Shown here: piece after piece, positions 1 through 9,141 of the stretch
Layout of the letters: each line of letters opens with the position of its first letter
Position numbering within the stretch: the first letter of the stretch is position 1
Source of the DNA: an uncultured Clostridia bacterium
Lineage (GTDB): Bacteria; Bacillota; Clostridia; TANB77; CAG-508
NCBI GenBank assembly: GCA_963558245.1
Contig: CAUWGA010000003.1
Span: forward strand, 1,709-65,708
DNA: 64,000 bases
Direction of reading: 5' to 3'
The notes under the pieces: model-generated
Database searches by the model: none
Told to the model about the DNA's origin: nothing
What the model saw: the letters and a program-made list of their open reading frames with translations, nothing else
Position numbers and translations under genes: made by a program

Positions 1-986
1 TTAAATCTCTTTCTAAATTCCCACCACTTAAATTTAGGAGCTGGTAAGTTTTCTGGATTATCTGTTTCTTCTTTGTTCATTATTTTATCTGTAAGTTTTT
101 TAAACATTCCTTTTTCTTCTACTTCAGTTTCTAATTTTTCTTCTTTTTCGTCTTTTTCGTCTTTAGATTCATTAAATTTTGAAAGATCTGCTCCTGGAAT
201 TTTTTCAATTGCTTTTTGATATGTAGCTATTTGTTTATTATATCCCTTTTGCATATTCTTCAAAGAGCTCTCAAGTAAAATACTTCCGTCTTTTTTATTA
301 TGGGCAAATCCTTTTTCTGAAACCAATTTTTCTAAGTATTCTTTTGTTATATTTATGTTGCTTTTACCACAATAATCCATAAAAGATTTAGTATTTATTT
401 CTTTTTTACTCTTTAATTTCAACATTTCATCTTTAATTGTATCTATTCTTGCTTTATCTTTTTTCGCATCTAATTTTTTTAATTCTTCACCTAATTTTTC
501 ATATTCTTCTTGTGAACGAATAATTCCTTTTAAATTATTACTTAGCGTAGGGTGTTCATTACATAGTTTTACTATATTATCAAGTTGTTCTTTTTCAGTT
601 GTAAGTTTCTTTAACTTTCTATTATATCTTTTCTCTAATATAGAATTCATATGCGCTTCAAATTCAGGATCTTTTTTCAATTCATTAATATAACCATCTA
701 CTTTATCTTTCCCTGATTTTAGTTTTTCTTTCATTTTAGATATACGCCCTTTTAAGGCCTCAATTTCATCTGTTAATTTTTCCACTTCTTCTTTAGAAGC
801 TTTTTCAATTTTTTTATCGCCATCTTGTTTAGCTCTTAATTGTTTTATTTGAGCATCTTCTTTGGCTCTTGTTTTTACTTTTAGGTCTTTTTCTAAATTC
901 TTTAATGTTGCTTTCATATTTTCTAATTTTTTATAAGTTGCTTTATCTTTGTTATATTTATCATTTAATTTATCATTTAATTCCAT
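1..986 (-). CDS. Lys/Glu-rich coiled-coil protein of unknown function; 3' end runs off the left window edge
   Basis: Hand translation of the minus strand from ATG 986-984 (G-rich RBS GGGGGAAAGG just upstream) stays open to position 1: MELNDKLNDKYNKDKATYKKLENMKATLKNLEKDLK...PAPKFKWWEFRKRF. It is absent from the ORF track only because no stop lies in the window. Confidence 0.5.
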   Translation of the reverse strand, partial: MELNDKLNDKYNKDKATYKKLENMKATLKNLEKDLKVKTRAKEDAQIKQLRAKQDGDKKIEKASKEEVEKLTDEIEALKGRISKMKEKLKSGKDKVDGYINELKKDPEFEAHMNSILEKRYNRKLKKLTTEKEQLDNIVKLCNEHPTLSNNLKGIIRSQEEYEKLGEELKKLDAKKDKARIDTIKDEMLKLKSKKEINTKSFMDYCGKSNINITKEYLEKLVSEKGFAHNKKDGSILLESSLKNMQKGYNKQIATYQKAIEKIPGADLSKFNESKDEKDEKEEKLETEVEEKGMFKKLTDKIMNKEETDNPENLPAPKFKWWEFRKRF

Positions 987-997
987 GACCTTTCCCC

Positions 998-1129
998 CTA
1001 ATAATTTTCTAATAATTCATCACATTTCATTATTAATTCTTCTAATTCAACTTTTAAATCCGCTAATTCTTCAGCAGATAATTCTTTTAAGTCTTCATCA
1101 TTAATTTCAATATTGGTTAATTCTTCCAT
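998..1129 (-). CDS. Small acidic 43-aa hypothetical protein, immediately upstream of the coiled-coil gene
   Basis: ATG 1129-1127 is preceded by the RBS GAGGGAGG. Hand translation is MEELTNIEINDEDLKELSAEELADLKVELEELIMKCDELLENY, with TAG at 1000-998, 11 nt before the next ATG. It is below the ORF-track length cutoff. Confidence 0.3.
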   Translation of the reverse strand: MEELTNIEINDEDLKELSAEELADLKVELEELIMKCDELLENY

Positions 1130-1265
1130 AATTTAACCTCCCTCTTATCTAAAGTATATTTACTCATTTTTTATTATAACAAGTTTTTACATTTTTAGCA
1201 ACTATTTTATGTAGATTTATGTCTGTTTTAATAAAAATGTCATATTTTAGTAATATTTGTAACAT

Positions 1266-1303
1266 AAAAAGTGCAACTTTTTACAAAATAGCTGCACTTT
1301 TTA
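1266..1303 (-). terminator. Hairpin plus T-run downstream of trmFO
   Basis: AAAAGTGCA..TGCACTTTT inverted repeat about 25 nt after the trmFO stop, followed by a T-run on the minus strand. Confidence 0.5.
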
Positions 1304-1328
1304 TGTTTATGAATTGTATGACCTTAAT

Positions 1329-2708
1329 TTATTCAAAATGTTTTAAACTTCTTTTGGCTAAATTCATATATCTTTCTTTTTTGTCTTTTATCTTTTTGCC
1401 TTCTAATTCAGGTAGTATCCCAAAATTTGCATTCATTGGTTGAAACTTCGAGTTTGGTGTTGATATATATTTAGCCAATGCTCCTATTACTGTTTCTTCC
1501 GAAAAACTAATTTTTGTTATTTCTTTTAAATTATTGCTTTTCTTCTTAAATTGTTCACATGCATTTAAAGCTGACACAAGTCCAGAAGAAATTGATTCCA
1601 CATATCCTTCTACTCCTGTTATTTGTCCTGCAAAATATATATTATTATTTAATTTCAAATTATAAGTTTCATCCAATAAATTACTAGAATTAATATATGT
1701 GTTTCTATGCATAACTCCATATTTTATAAATTCCGCATTTTTTAATCCTGGTATCATGCTAAAAACTCTTTTTTGTTCTCCAAATTTTAAATTAGTTTGA
1801 AATCCAACTAAATTATATATACTTGCTTGCTTATCATCTTGTCTTAATTGAACTAATGCATAGGGTCTTTTAGCTGTTCTAGGGTCATCAAATCCTACAG
1901 GCTTTAGTGGTCCAAAACGTAATGTATCAATTCCTCTTTTTGCCATAATTTCAATAGGCATACAACCTTCAAAAATTTCTCTTTTTTCAAAGTCGTGTAA
2001 TGTAACAACTTCTGCATTTACAAGTTCTTTATAGAATTCTTCGTATTTTTCTTTTGTCATAGGAAGATTTATATAACTTTGTTCCTCTTTAGTCTGACTT
2101 TCTAGCCTTTCTTTCCATTGTTCTATTGTTTCATCTTTTTTCTTTTCTTGGCTATATCTATCTCCATAAAAAGCTACATCAAAATCTATACTAGATTTGC
2201 TAACTATTGGAGCTGCGGCATCATAAAAATAAAGCTTATCTTCCCCTGTAAGTTTAGAAATTTGTTTTGCTAAATCTTCTGAAGTAAGAGGTCCTGTAGC
2301 TATAATTACTATTCCATCTTGACTAATTTCTTCTATATTAGTTACTTCTTTATTAATAACTTCTATTAATGGATTTTTAGTAATTTCATCAGTTACTTTC
2401 TGTGCAAAAACTTCTCTATCAACAGCTAAAGCTTGTCCTGCTGAAACACTCGTATTATCTGCTATTTTTATTAATAATGAATTTAATTTTCTAAGTTCTT
2501 CTTTTAATAAACCACATGCGTTTGTTAACAAATTTGATTTAAAAGAATTACTACATACTATCTCTGCTAAATTTTTATTAGTATGTGCTGGTGAAAATTT
2601 TTGTGGCTTCATTTCATATATTCTAACTTTTATACCTTGTTTTGCTATCTGGTAAGCCGCTTCACACCCTGCTAGTCCTCCACCTATAACCGTTATATAA
2701 TCTTTCAT
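1329..2708 (-). CDS. trmFO: Methylenetetrahydrofolate--tRNA-(uracil-5)-methyltransferase TrmFO
   Basis: N-terminal FAD fold [35 protein letters not shown] and Gid/TrmFO-like full length. Start trimmed to ATG 2708 (RBS GGAGAAAA), because the 8-codon extension in the ORF track reads into the palindromic repeat. Confidence 0.9.
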   Translation of the reverse strand: MKDYITVIGGGLAGCEAAYQIAKQGIKVRIYEMKPQKFSPAHTNKNLAEIVCSNSFKSNLLTNACGLLKEELRKLNSLLIKIADNTSVSAGQALAVDREVFAQKVTDEITKNPLIEVINKEVTNIEEISQDGIVIIATGPLTSEDLAKQISKLTGEDKLYFYDAAAPIVSKSSIDFDVAFYGDRYSQEKKKDETIEQWKERLESQTKEEQSYINLPMTKEKYEEFYKELVNAEVVTLHDFEKREIFEGCMPIEIMAKRGIDTLRFGPLKPVGFDDPRTAKRPYALVQLRQDDKQASIYNLVGFQTNLKFGEQKRVFSMIPGLKNAEFIKYGVMHRNTYINSSNLLDETYNLKLNNNIYFAGQITGVEGYVESISSGLVSALNACEQFKKKSNNLKEITKISFSEETVIGALAKYISTPNSKFQPMNANFGILPELEGKKIKDKKERYMNLAKRSLKHFE

Positions 2709-2725
2709 ATTTTCTCCTTTTTCAT

Positions 2726-2829
2726 TGTCCAATTGGGGACGTTTCTCTTATGGACATTTTGGTAAAATTTGTATTTGATATTATAAGTAAATTCAAAATG
2801 TCCATAAGAAAAACGTCCCCAATTGGACA
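2726..2829. repeat. GTCC/GGAC palindromic repeat family, copy A (inverted dimer)
   Basis: Arms 2726-2762 (TGTCCAATTGGGGACGTTTCTCTTATGGACATTTTGG) and 2794-2829 are reverse complements with 1 mismatch around a 31-nt AT loop. The unit recurs at 7348, 20721, 36988 and 52551. Confidence 0.85.
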
Positions 2830-2837
2830 TAAATAAT

Positions 2838-5800
2838 TTACTCAAATAAATTCATTATTTCGTCTTTTGATAATTGACTTATGAATTTAGCTTTTGTGTC
2901 TAACATATTATCTGCTAATTTTGCTTTTCTTTCTTGCAATTCATATATCTTTTCTTCTATTGAATTTTTTGTTATTAATTTATATACTTGTACATTGTTT
3001 TTTTGTCCTATTCTATACGCTCTATCTGTTGCTTGGTTTTCTGTTGATATGTTCCACCATGGATCGTAATGTATAACCATATCTGCTCCTGTTAAGTTTA
3101 GTCCTGTTCCACCTGCTTTTAGTGAAATTAAGAATACCTTCACATCTGGATTTATATTAAATTCATCTACTAATTTTATTCTATCTTCAACTTTAGTTGA
3201 GCCTGTTAGTTTAAAATAATTTATTTTACTTTCTTTTAGTGCTTTTTCGATTATTTCAAACATGGATGTATATCCAGAAAATAATAAGATTTTATGCCCA
3301 CCTGTTATTGCATCTTGTATTATTTCCATGCATTGGTCAAGTTTGCTACTTCCTGAATTATAGTTATTTATAAATAAGCTTGGATGACAACAAATTTGTC
3401 TTAATCTTGTTAATGCTGCAAGTATTTGCATATGTGAATGTTCGTATCCATTTTGTTCTATTTGTTCTAATAATTCCTGCTTTGCTTGTGTCAAATAATT
3501 TAAATAAATTTTTTGTTGTTCTTCATTCATTTCATTATTTAATACAGTTACTGTTTTGTCTGGTAATTCTGTTAGTACCTCTTTTTTATTTCTTCTTAAT
3601 ACAAATGGTTCTATTAACATTTTTAATTTTTGCATTGCTCTTTCGTCTTCTTTTTTTACTATAGGCATTTCATATGTATTTTTAAATTTTCTATATGTAA
3701 ATAAATATCCCGGCATAATAAAGTCAAATATTGACCATAATTCAGATAGTGAATTTTCTATTGGTGTTCCTGTTAGCGCATATCTTGTGTCTGCTTTTAT
3801 TTGTTTTATTGCTTTTGCATTTTTAGTTGTACTATTTTTTAAATATTGCGCTTCATCGGCTATAATATATCTAAATTTATAATTTTTCTCTTTGTATAAC
3901 TCAATATCTCTTTTTAACAAATCATATGATGTTATAACTAAATCATAATTTTCTATATTGTTTATTATTTCTTTTCTTTCTGCTAGTGTACCTCGTATTA
4001 CGCAACTTTTTAAATTTTGAGTAAATTTATTTACTTCGTTTAGCCAATTTAGTGTTAACGAACTTGGAGATACTACTAAACTTGCTCTTCCTCCAACATT
4101 ATGAGCATAATCTACTATCACAGATAACATTTGTACTGTTTTTCCAAGTCCCATATCATCTGCTAAAATCCCACCAAAATGATATCTGTCTAGTGTTTTT
4201 AGCCATTTATATCCTGTTTTTTGATAATATCTTAATGTTCCACTTAAGTTTTTTGGTATTTCCATATTTTCTTCTAGTTGGTCTTTGTTCAATTCATTTA
4301 TAATACTTTTATATTCTGAATTTTTTATTATCTCAGTTCCTTTTAATCCTGTTAATAGTTGATTTAGATACAACGCTCTATTAACTGGTAATTTCATTTC
4401 TCCTTCTGATAGTTCTTCATAGTCTATTCCCATACCAGTTGCAAGTTTATCTAAAAATTCTATTTCTTTATTTTCTTGTAATTCTATAAATGACCCATCT
4501 TTTAGTCTATGATACTTCTTTTTTAATGAATATTTTTCCATTATGTCTTTTAATTCAGATGTATCTATATCTAGCCTACTTAAGTCTATTGATAATAAAT
4601 CATTTTCTACTTTTACTCCTATACCACTCATTTTAGGTGTTCTGATTTGTTTTGCTTTAAAGTTCTCTGTAACCATTACTTCAAAACTTTTCATATAATA
4701 ATTTATATCTTGGGTTAAAAATCTATAGATATCTTCATCATTTGGCAAAATAAATCTTAGATTTTTTACATCTAACATAAAACCTGATTTTCTAAACATA
4801 TTTAATGCTTTTGTTTCTTTTATTTTGTTTCTTGAAAATGTAGTAACTACTTTAAAATCTAGTGGATTAAATTCGTTTTGTTCATAACAAAACTTTACAT
4901 CTACTATTAGATAATCATTTTTATCAAAATCTAAAAACATTTTTACAATAAGTTCTTTTGGTCTATATTTTTCTATTTCTTCCTCTTTTATGTTTTTCAT
5001 TATAATTGAATTTTTCACTTTTGGCATTATCACTGAGAAGAAGTCTGATAATTCATTTTCGCTAAATTCTATTTCTGTTAAATAATTTTGTTTAAACATT
5101 TCTAGTAACTTTAACGTAGTTTTTTCAAATTCTTTTGTGCATCTATATATTTTTTTATCATCTAAAACATATTTATATTTTCTTCCTGTTAAAATAATTT
5201 CTTCGTAAATTTGCACATTTGGAAACAAAGTAAATCTTTCATTATCTTTTTTCTTTAGGATAAAGTTTATTTTAGGCTGTTCATCTGTAAATAATATTTT
5301 TCCATTGTTATAGTCTCTTTTGAAGTTTACTTCTTTACCTTCTAAAGTGTCAAATAAATCATCTATCCCGCTATTTCCAACGATTATATTTGCTTCACTA
5401 AGTGCTTTTCCATAATATCTATAATTACTATTAGAGTTTGAATTAGCATATTTTATGATTTCAGCATATTTCATAACAAAATCTAATATTTTTTGGCTTT
5501 CCGTATCAAAAGCATCTTTAGTATGTACTAATTCTAATTTTTCTCCATATTTAAAATAGTCTTTTTCCATCATTCTTGTATAAAATTCTGCTAAGTTTTT
5601 TATTTTATACATCTTTTTGCTAGTACCTATTTTAAATTCTATTTTCATATCACCTTGAAATTTGTCATAGTAAATAATTGGTTCTAATTTTATATTACCT
5701 TCTATTTTTAAATCTTCTCCATTATTTGAAAGACTTTCCATTTCTTCTTGATAAAATATATTTACAATTTGTTTAAAATTTCTGTATGTTTGTTCTTTTG

Positions 5801-6176
5801 AAGTTTTTAAAACTGCATCCATTTTTTCTTTTATTTGCTCTATTTGCGAATTTTCTTCCACATTTTGTACTATATGTTGTGGATTATTATTAATCTCTAA
5901 AACTGTTGCAAGTGTATGTTTACAAATGCCATAATGATTATAATAATCTTCACATGTGCATGTTACGTCTTCAACAATTCCATTTTTTATATTTATATAT
6001 GTTTTATATGTATTTTCTCCATATACATCTGCACTAATTTCAAAATTTTTATCATTTACATATTCTAGTTTTTTTATTTTAATTCTTTTTTCCTTTTGAT
6101 ATTTAATGGCTTTCTCTTTTCTTTTTTCACCACTATCCTTATATAAATCTTCTAAAATCATTTGGTTTACAAACAT
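2838..6176 (-). CDS. SNF2-family DEAD/DEAH helicase with N-terminal SWIM zinc finger
   Basis: SWIM motif CTCEDYYNHYGICKH. Helicase motifs ILADDMGLGKT, DEAQYLKN and the C-terminal QATDRAYRIGQ. Confidence 0.85.
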   Translation of the reverse strand: MFVNQMILEDLYKDSGEKRKEKAIKYQKEKRIKIKKLEYVNDKNFEISADVYGENTYKTYINIKNGIVEDVTCTCEDYYNHYGICKHTLATVLEINNNPQHIVQNVEENSQIEQIKEKMDAVLKTSKEQTYRNFKQIVNIFYQEEMESLSNNGEDLKIEGNIKLEPIIYYDKFQGDMKIEFKIGTSKKMYKIKNLAEFYTRMMEKDYFKYGEKLELVHTKDAFDTESQKILDFVMKYAEIIKYANSNSNSNYRYYGKALSEANIIVGNSGIDDLFDTLEGKEVNFKRDYNNGKILFTDEQPKINFILKKKDNERFTLFPNVQIYEEIILTGRKYKYVLDDKKIYRCTKEFEKTTLKLLEMFKQNYLTEIEFSENELSDFFSVIMPKVKNSIIMKNIKEEEIEKYRPKELIVKMFLDFDKNDYLIVDVKFCYEQNEFNPLDFKVVTTFSRNKIKETKALNMFRKSGFMLDVKNLRFILPNDEDIYRFLTQDINYYMKSFEVMVTENFKAKQIRTPKMSGIGVKVENDLLSIDLSRLDIDTSELKDIMEKYSLKKKYHRLKDGSFIELQENKEIEFLDKLATGMGIDYEELSEGEMKLPVNRALYLNQLLTGLKGTEIIKNSEYKSIINELNKDQLEENMEIPKNLSGTLRYYQKTGYKWLKTLDRYHFGGILADDMGLGKTVQMLSVIVDYAHNVGGRASLVVSPSSLTLNWLNEVNKFTQNLKSCVIRGTLAERKEIINNIENYDLVITSYDLLKRDIELYKEKNYKFRYIIADEAQYLKNSTTKNAKAIKQIKADTRYALTGTPIENSLSELWSIFDFIMPGYLFTYRKFKNTYEMPIVKKEDERAMQKLKMLIEPFVLRRNKKEVLTELPDKTVTVLNNEMNEEQQKIYLNYLTQAKQELLEQIEQNGYEHSHMQILAALTRLRQICCHPSLFINNYNSGSSKLDQCMEIIQDAITGGHKILLFSGYTSMFEIIEKALKESKINYFKLTGSTKVEDRIKLVDEFNINPDVKVFLISLKAGGTGLNLTGADMVIHYDPWWNISTENQATDRAYRIGQKNNVQVYKLITKNSIEEKIYELQERKAKLADNMLDTKAKFISQLSKDEIMNLFE

Positions 6177-6359
6177 ACTTTTTCTCCTCCACCTGGCTAA
6201 ATATTATATACTATTTTAGTTTGAAAAGCAACTTTGAAAATTGTTTTATTTTATTTTAATTTTTAGTTTATTTTTTGCATAGTTTATAGTAGAATAGTAT
6301 AGAATAGGTTTTAATTAAAATTTATTTTATACTATTACCCAATTTAGGAGGTAAATACA

Positions 6360-7358
6360 TTGAAAGATTTAAAAGTAGCCATCGTAGGGGCAACAGGACT
6401 TGTTGGTAGGTCCTTTTTAAAAGTTTTAGAAGAAAAAAAATTACCAATATCAAATTACACTTTATTTGCTAGTAAACATTCCGCTGGTAATAAAGTTGCA
6501 TTTTTAGGAAAGGATTATGTTGTACAAGAATTAACAGAAACATCATTTGATGAAGGCTTTGATTTCGCATTATTTTCTGCTGGTGGAGATATTTCTAAAA
6601 AATTTGCTCCAATTGCAGTATCAAAAGGTTGTACTGTTATAGATAATAGCAGTTATTTTCGTATGGACGAAAATGTACCATTAGTCGTTCCAGAAGTAAA
6701 TATAGAAGATGCTTATAATAATAATGGAATTATCGCTAATCCAAATTGTTCAACAATTCAAGCTATGTTACCATTAAAAGCATTAAATGATAAGTACAAA
6801 ATAAAAAGAATTGTTTATTCTACTTATCAAGCTGTTTCTGGTGCTGGAAAATCTGCTTTAGAAGATTTGGCAAACACTAATGGTTCTAAGGAATTAAAAA
6901 AATTCCCTCATCCTATATATAACAATTGTTTACCACATATTGATTCTTTTATGGAAAATGGATACACTAAAGAAGAACTTAAAATGATTAATGAAACAAG
7001 AAAAATATTACATGAACCAGATTTAAGAATTACTGCTACAACAGTCAGAGTTCCTGTTAGTAATTCACATTCTGAATCAATTAATATTGAATTTGAAAAA
7101 GATTTCCATTTAGAAAACTTAATTCAAACTTTAAAAGATTTTCCAAATTTAATTGTTGTAGATAATCCAGAAAAAAACGAATATCCTATGGCTATTGATG
7201 CAACAGGACATGACGAAGTTTTTGTTGGTAGAATACGTAGAGATGACAGTGTAGAATCTGGAGTTAATATTTGGGTTGTTGCTGATAATATTAGAAAAGG
7301 CGCAGCAAGTAATGCTGTTCAAATAATGGAAAAATTAATTGAAAAAATGTCCAATTAG
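6360..7358 (+). CDS. asd: Aspartate-semialdehyde dehydrogenase
   Basis: VAIVGATGLVG Rossmann motif and active-site NPNCSTI. TTG start 7 nt after the RBS AGGAGG. The last codons MSN-TAG lie inside repeat copy B. Confidence 0.92.
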   Translation: MKDLKVAIVGATGLVGRSFLKVLEEKKLPISNYTLFASKHSAGNKVAFLGKDYVVQELTETSFDEGFDFALFSAGGDISKKFAPIAVSKGCTVIDNSSYFRMDENVPLVVPEVNIEDAYNNNGIIANPNCSTIQAMLPLKALNDKYKIKRIVYSTYQAVSGAGKSALEDLANTNGSKELKKFPHPIYNNCLPHIDSFMENGYTKEELKMINETRKILHEPDLRITATTVRVPVSNSHSESINIEFEKDFHLENLIQTLKDFPNLIVVDNPEKNEYPMAIDATGHDEVFVGRIRRDDSVESGVNIWVVADNIRKGAASNAVQIMEKLIEKMSN

Positions 7359-7430
7359 GGACAGGTACAAAGAGGACATTCTGGAATAATTTTCCAAAAT
7401 ATCCTCTTTGTACCTGTCCCCAATTGGACA
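7348..7430. repeat. GTCC/GGAC palindromic repeat family, copy B (inverted dimer)
   Basis: Arms 7348-7384 and 7394-7430. It fills the whole asd/dapB convergent gap. Confidence 0.85.
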
Positions 7431-8177
7431 TTAAGAGATTAGACTTTTCATGTCATATAATCCTGCTTGTTGTTTTACCACAAATTTAGCGGCACGTAAT
7501 GCTCCTTCTGCAAATACTTGTCTTGAATATGCTGTATGTTTTACTTCTAATGTTTCGTTTTCTCCAAAGAATTTTACTGTATGTTCTCCTACAATATTTC
7601 CACCTCTTATAGATGCAAATCCGATTTCTTCTTTTTTACGTGATTCTCTTTTTTGCATTCTGTCAAAATTGTATTCTTTTTTGTTTTCTAAAACTTCATT
7701 TATAGCATTTGCTAGTAAAATTGCTGTTCCGCTTGGACTGTCTACTTTCCTGTTATGGTGTGTTTCAAGAATTTCAATATCTGCATTTGTTAATACTTTA
7801 GCTATTTCTTGTACTAAACTTGCCATTAGATTAATGTCAAATGCCATATTTGAACTTCTAAATACAGGAATTTGTTTTGAAATATTTTCAATTTTTTCAA
7901 TTTCTTCTGCTGTAAATCCAGTTGTAGCAATTACAATAGGTGTTTTTGTTTCTACTGCATATTCTAAGATTTTAAAAGTTGCTACTGGAACTGAAAAATC
8001 TATTATAACATCTACTTTTTCTTTTATTTTTGTTATATCTGAATAAATAGGGAAGCCTTTATTGTTACTATCTTGGCAATCAAATCCACAAACAACTTCA
8101 AATTCTGGTTGAGATTCTATTGCTTTCAAGACTTCTCCCCCCATTTTTCCATTTGCACCATTTATTAATACCTTCAT
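7431..8177 (-). CDS. dapB: 4-hydroxy-tetrahydrodipicolinate reductase
   Basis: MKVLINGANGKMG and ETHHNRKVDSPSGTA signature. Confidence 0.92.
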   Translation of the reverse strand: MKVLINGANGKMGGEVLKAIESQPEFEVVCGFDCQDSNNKGFPIYSDITKIKEKVDVIIDFSVPVATFKILEYAVETKTPIVIATTGFTAEEIEKIENISKQIPVFRSSNMAFDINLMASLVQEIAKVLTNADIEILETHHNRKVDSPSGTAILLANAINEVLENKKEYNFDRMQKRESRKKEEIGFASIRGGNIVGEHTVKFFGENETLEVKHTAYSRQVFAEGALRAAKFVVKQQAGLYDMKSLIS

Positions 8178-8248
8178 TATTACTTCCGTTCCTTCCTTAA
8201 ATATTATATAAGCATCGAATTTTTATAATTATTTATAATTTTATAACT

Positions 8249-9136
8249 CTATTTTATTAGATTATGTTTTTTCATAACTTCTTTCATTTTTTCTTGATTT
8301 TTTTCTGATAATTCTATTAATGGTAAACGTGGTTTGCCAAAATCATATCCCATTAAATTTAATGCATATTTAACAGGTATTGGGTTTACTTCTGAAAATA
8401 GTACTTCTATTAAATCAATTACTTCTAATTGCATTTTTGTAGCTTCTTCTACTTTTCCCTCAAAATATTTATATGTCATGTCATGTGTATATTGTGGCAT
8501 AACATTTGATAAAACTGATATTACGCCTTTTCCTCCTAAAGATAATATTGGTATAATTTGATCGTCATTTCCTGAATAAATATCCAAACTGTCTCCACAT
8601 ATAGATGCAATTTTAGCTACTTGAGATATATTGCCACTTGCTTCTTTTATCGCTACTATATTATCTATTTTTGAAAGTTCTAAACATGTTTCTGGAGTAA
8701 TATTTACTCCTGTTCTACTTGGTACAGAATACATTATTATTGGAATTGATACTTCCTCTGCAATTGCTTTATAATGAGCAATTAATCCTGCTTGAGTTGT
8801 TTTATTATAATAAGGTGTAACAACTAATATTCCATCTGCCCCAACTTCTTCTGCATATTTTGACATTTCAATAGCTGATTTTGTACAATTTGCTCCTGTT
8901 CCAGCTATTACTTTTGTTCTTTTTGCTACTGTATCTATTGCAAATTTAATTGTATCTTTTCTTTCTTGTTCAGTCATTGTAGATGACTCTCCTGTTGTTC
9001 CACAAACGATTATTGCATCTACATTGTTTTCAATTTGATTTTCTAATAATTTTTTAAATTCCTCAAAATTGACTCCATTTTCCGTAAATGGTGTTGAGAT
9101 AGCTGTTCCACAGCCTTTGAATATTGTTTTTTTCAT
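8249..9136 (-). CDS. dapA: 4-hydroxy-tetrahydrodipicolinate synthase
   Basis: GTTGES, YNKT and IVAIKEASG (Schiff-base Lys) motifs. Start set to ATG 9136 (RBS GGGAGAG 8 nt upstream) rather than the GTG at 9145 in the track. Confidence 0.9.
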   Translation of the reverse strand: MKKTIFKGCGTAISTPFTENGVNFEEFKKLLENQIENNVDAIIVCGTTGESSTMTEQERKDTIKFAIDTVAKRTKVIAGTGANCTKSAIEMSKYAEEVGADGILVVTPYYNKTTQAGLIAHYKAIAEEVSIPIIMYSVPSRTGVNITPETCLELSKIDNIVAIKEASGNISQVAKIASICGDSLDIYSGNDDQIIPILSLGGKGVISVLSNVMPQYTHDMTYKYFEGKVEEATKMQLEVIDLIEVLFSEVNPIPVKYALNLMGYDFGKPRLPLIELSEKNQEKMKEVMKKHNLIK

Positions 9137-9141
9137 ATTCT

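Noticed and set aside
1219-1443. A 74-aa plus-strand ORF overlapping the trmFO terminator and the trmFO 3' end.
   Set aside because: It is hydrophobic and low-complexity, has no RBS, and overlaps a confidently called gene and its terminator.
2705-2830. A 41-codon minus-strand ORF spanning the whole of repeat copy A ([41 protein letters not shown]). Its TGA overlaps the trmFO ATG (ATGA), which suggests a coupled leader peptide.
   Set aside because: The equivalent reading in the other copies terminates after 3 codons (ATG TCC TAT TAG in copy C, ATG TCC AAT TAG in copy B). There is no RBS before the ATG. The mirrored peptide halves are just the palindrome translated.
3380-4303. Plus-strand ORFs of 83-108 aa antisense to the SNF2 helicase gene. 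Similar antisense ORFs lie inside dapB (7450-8046, 198 aa), gdpP (22677-23645), rpoC/rpoB, spoIIE and the surface protein genes.
   Set aside because: Their translations are low-complexity and Leu/Phe/Ile/Ser-rich, which is typical of the antisense strand of AT-rich genes. The opposite-strand proteins carry unambiguous family motifs, and the antisense ORFs have no RBSs.
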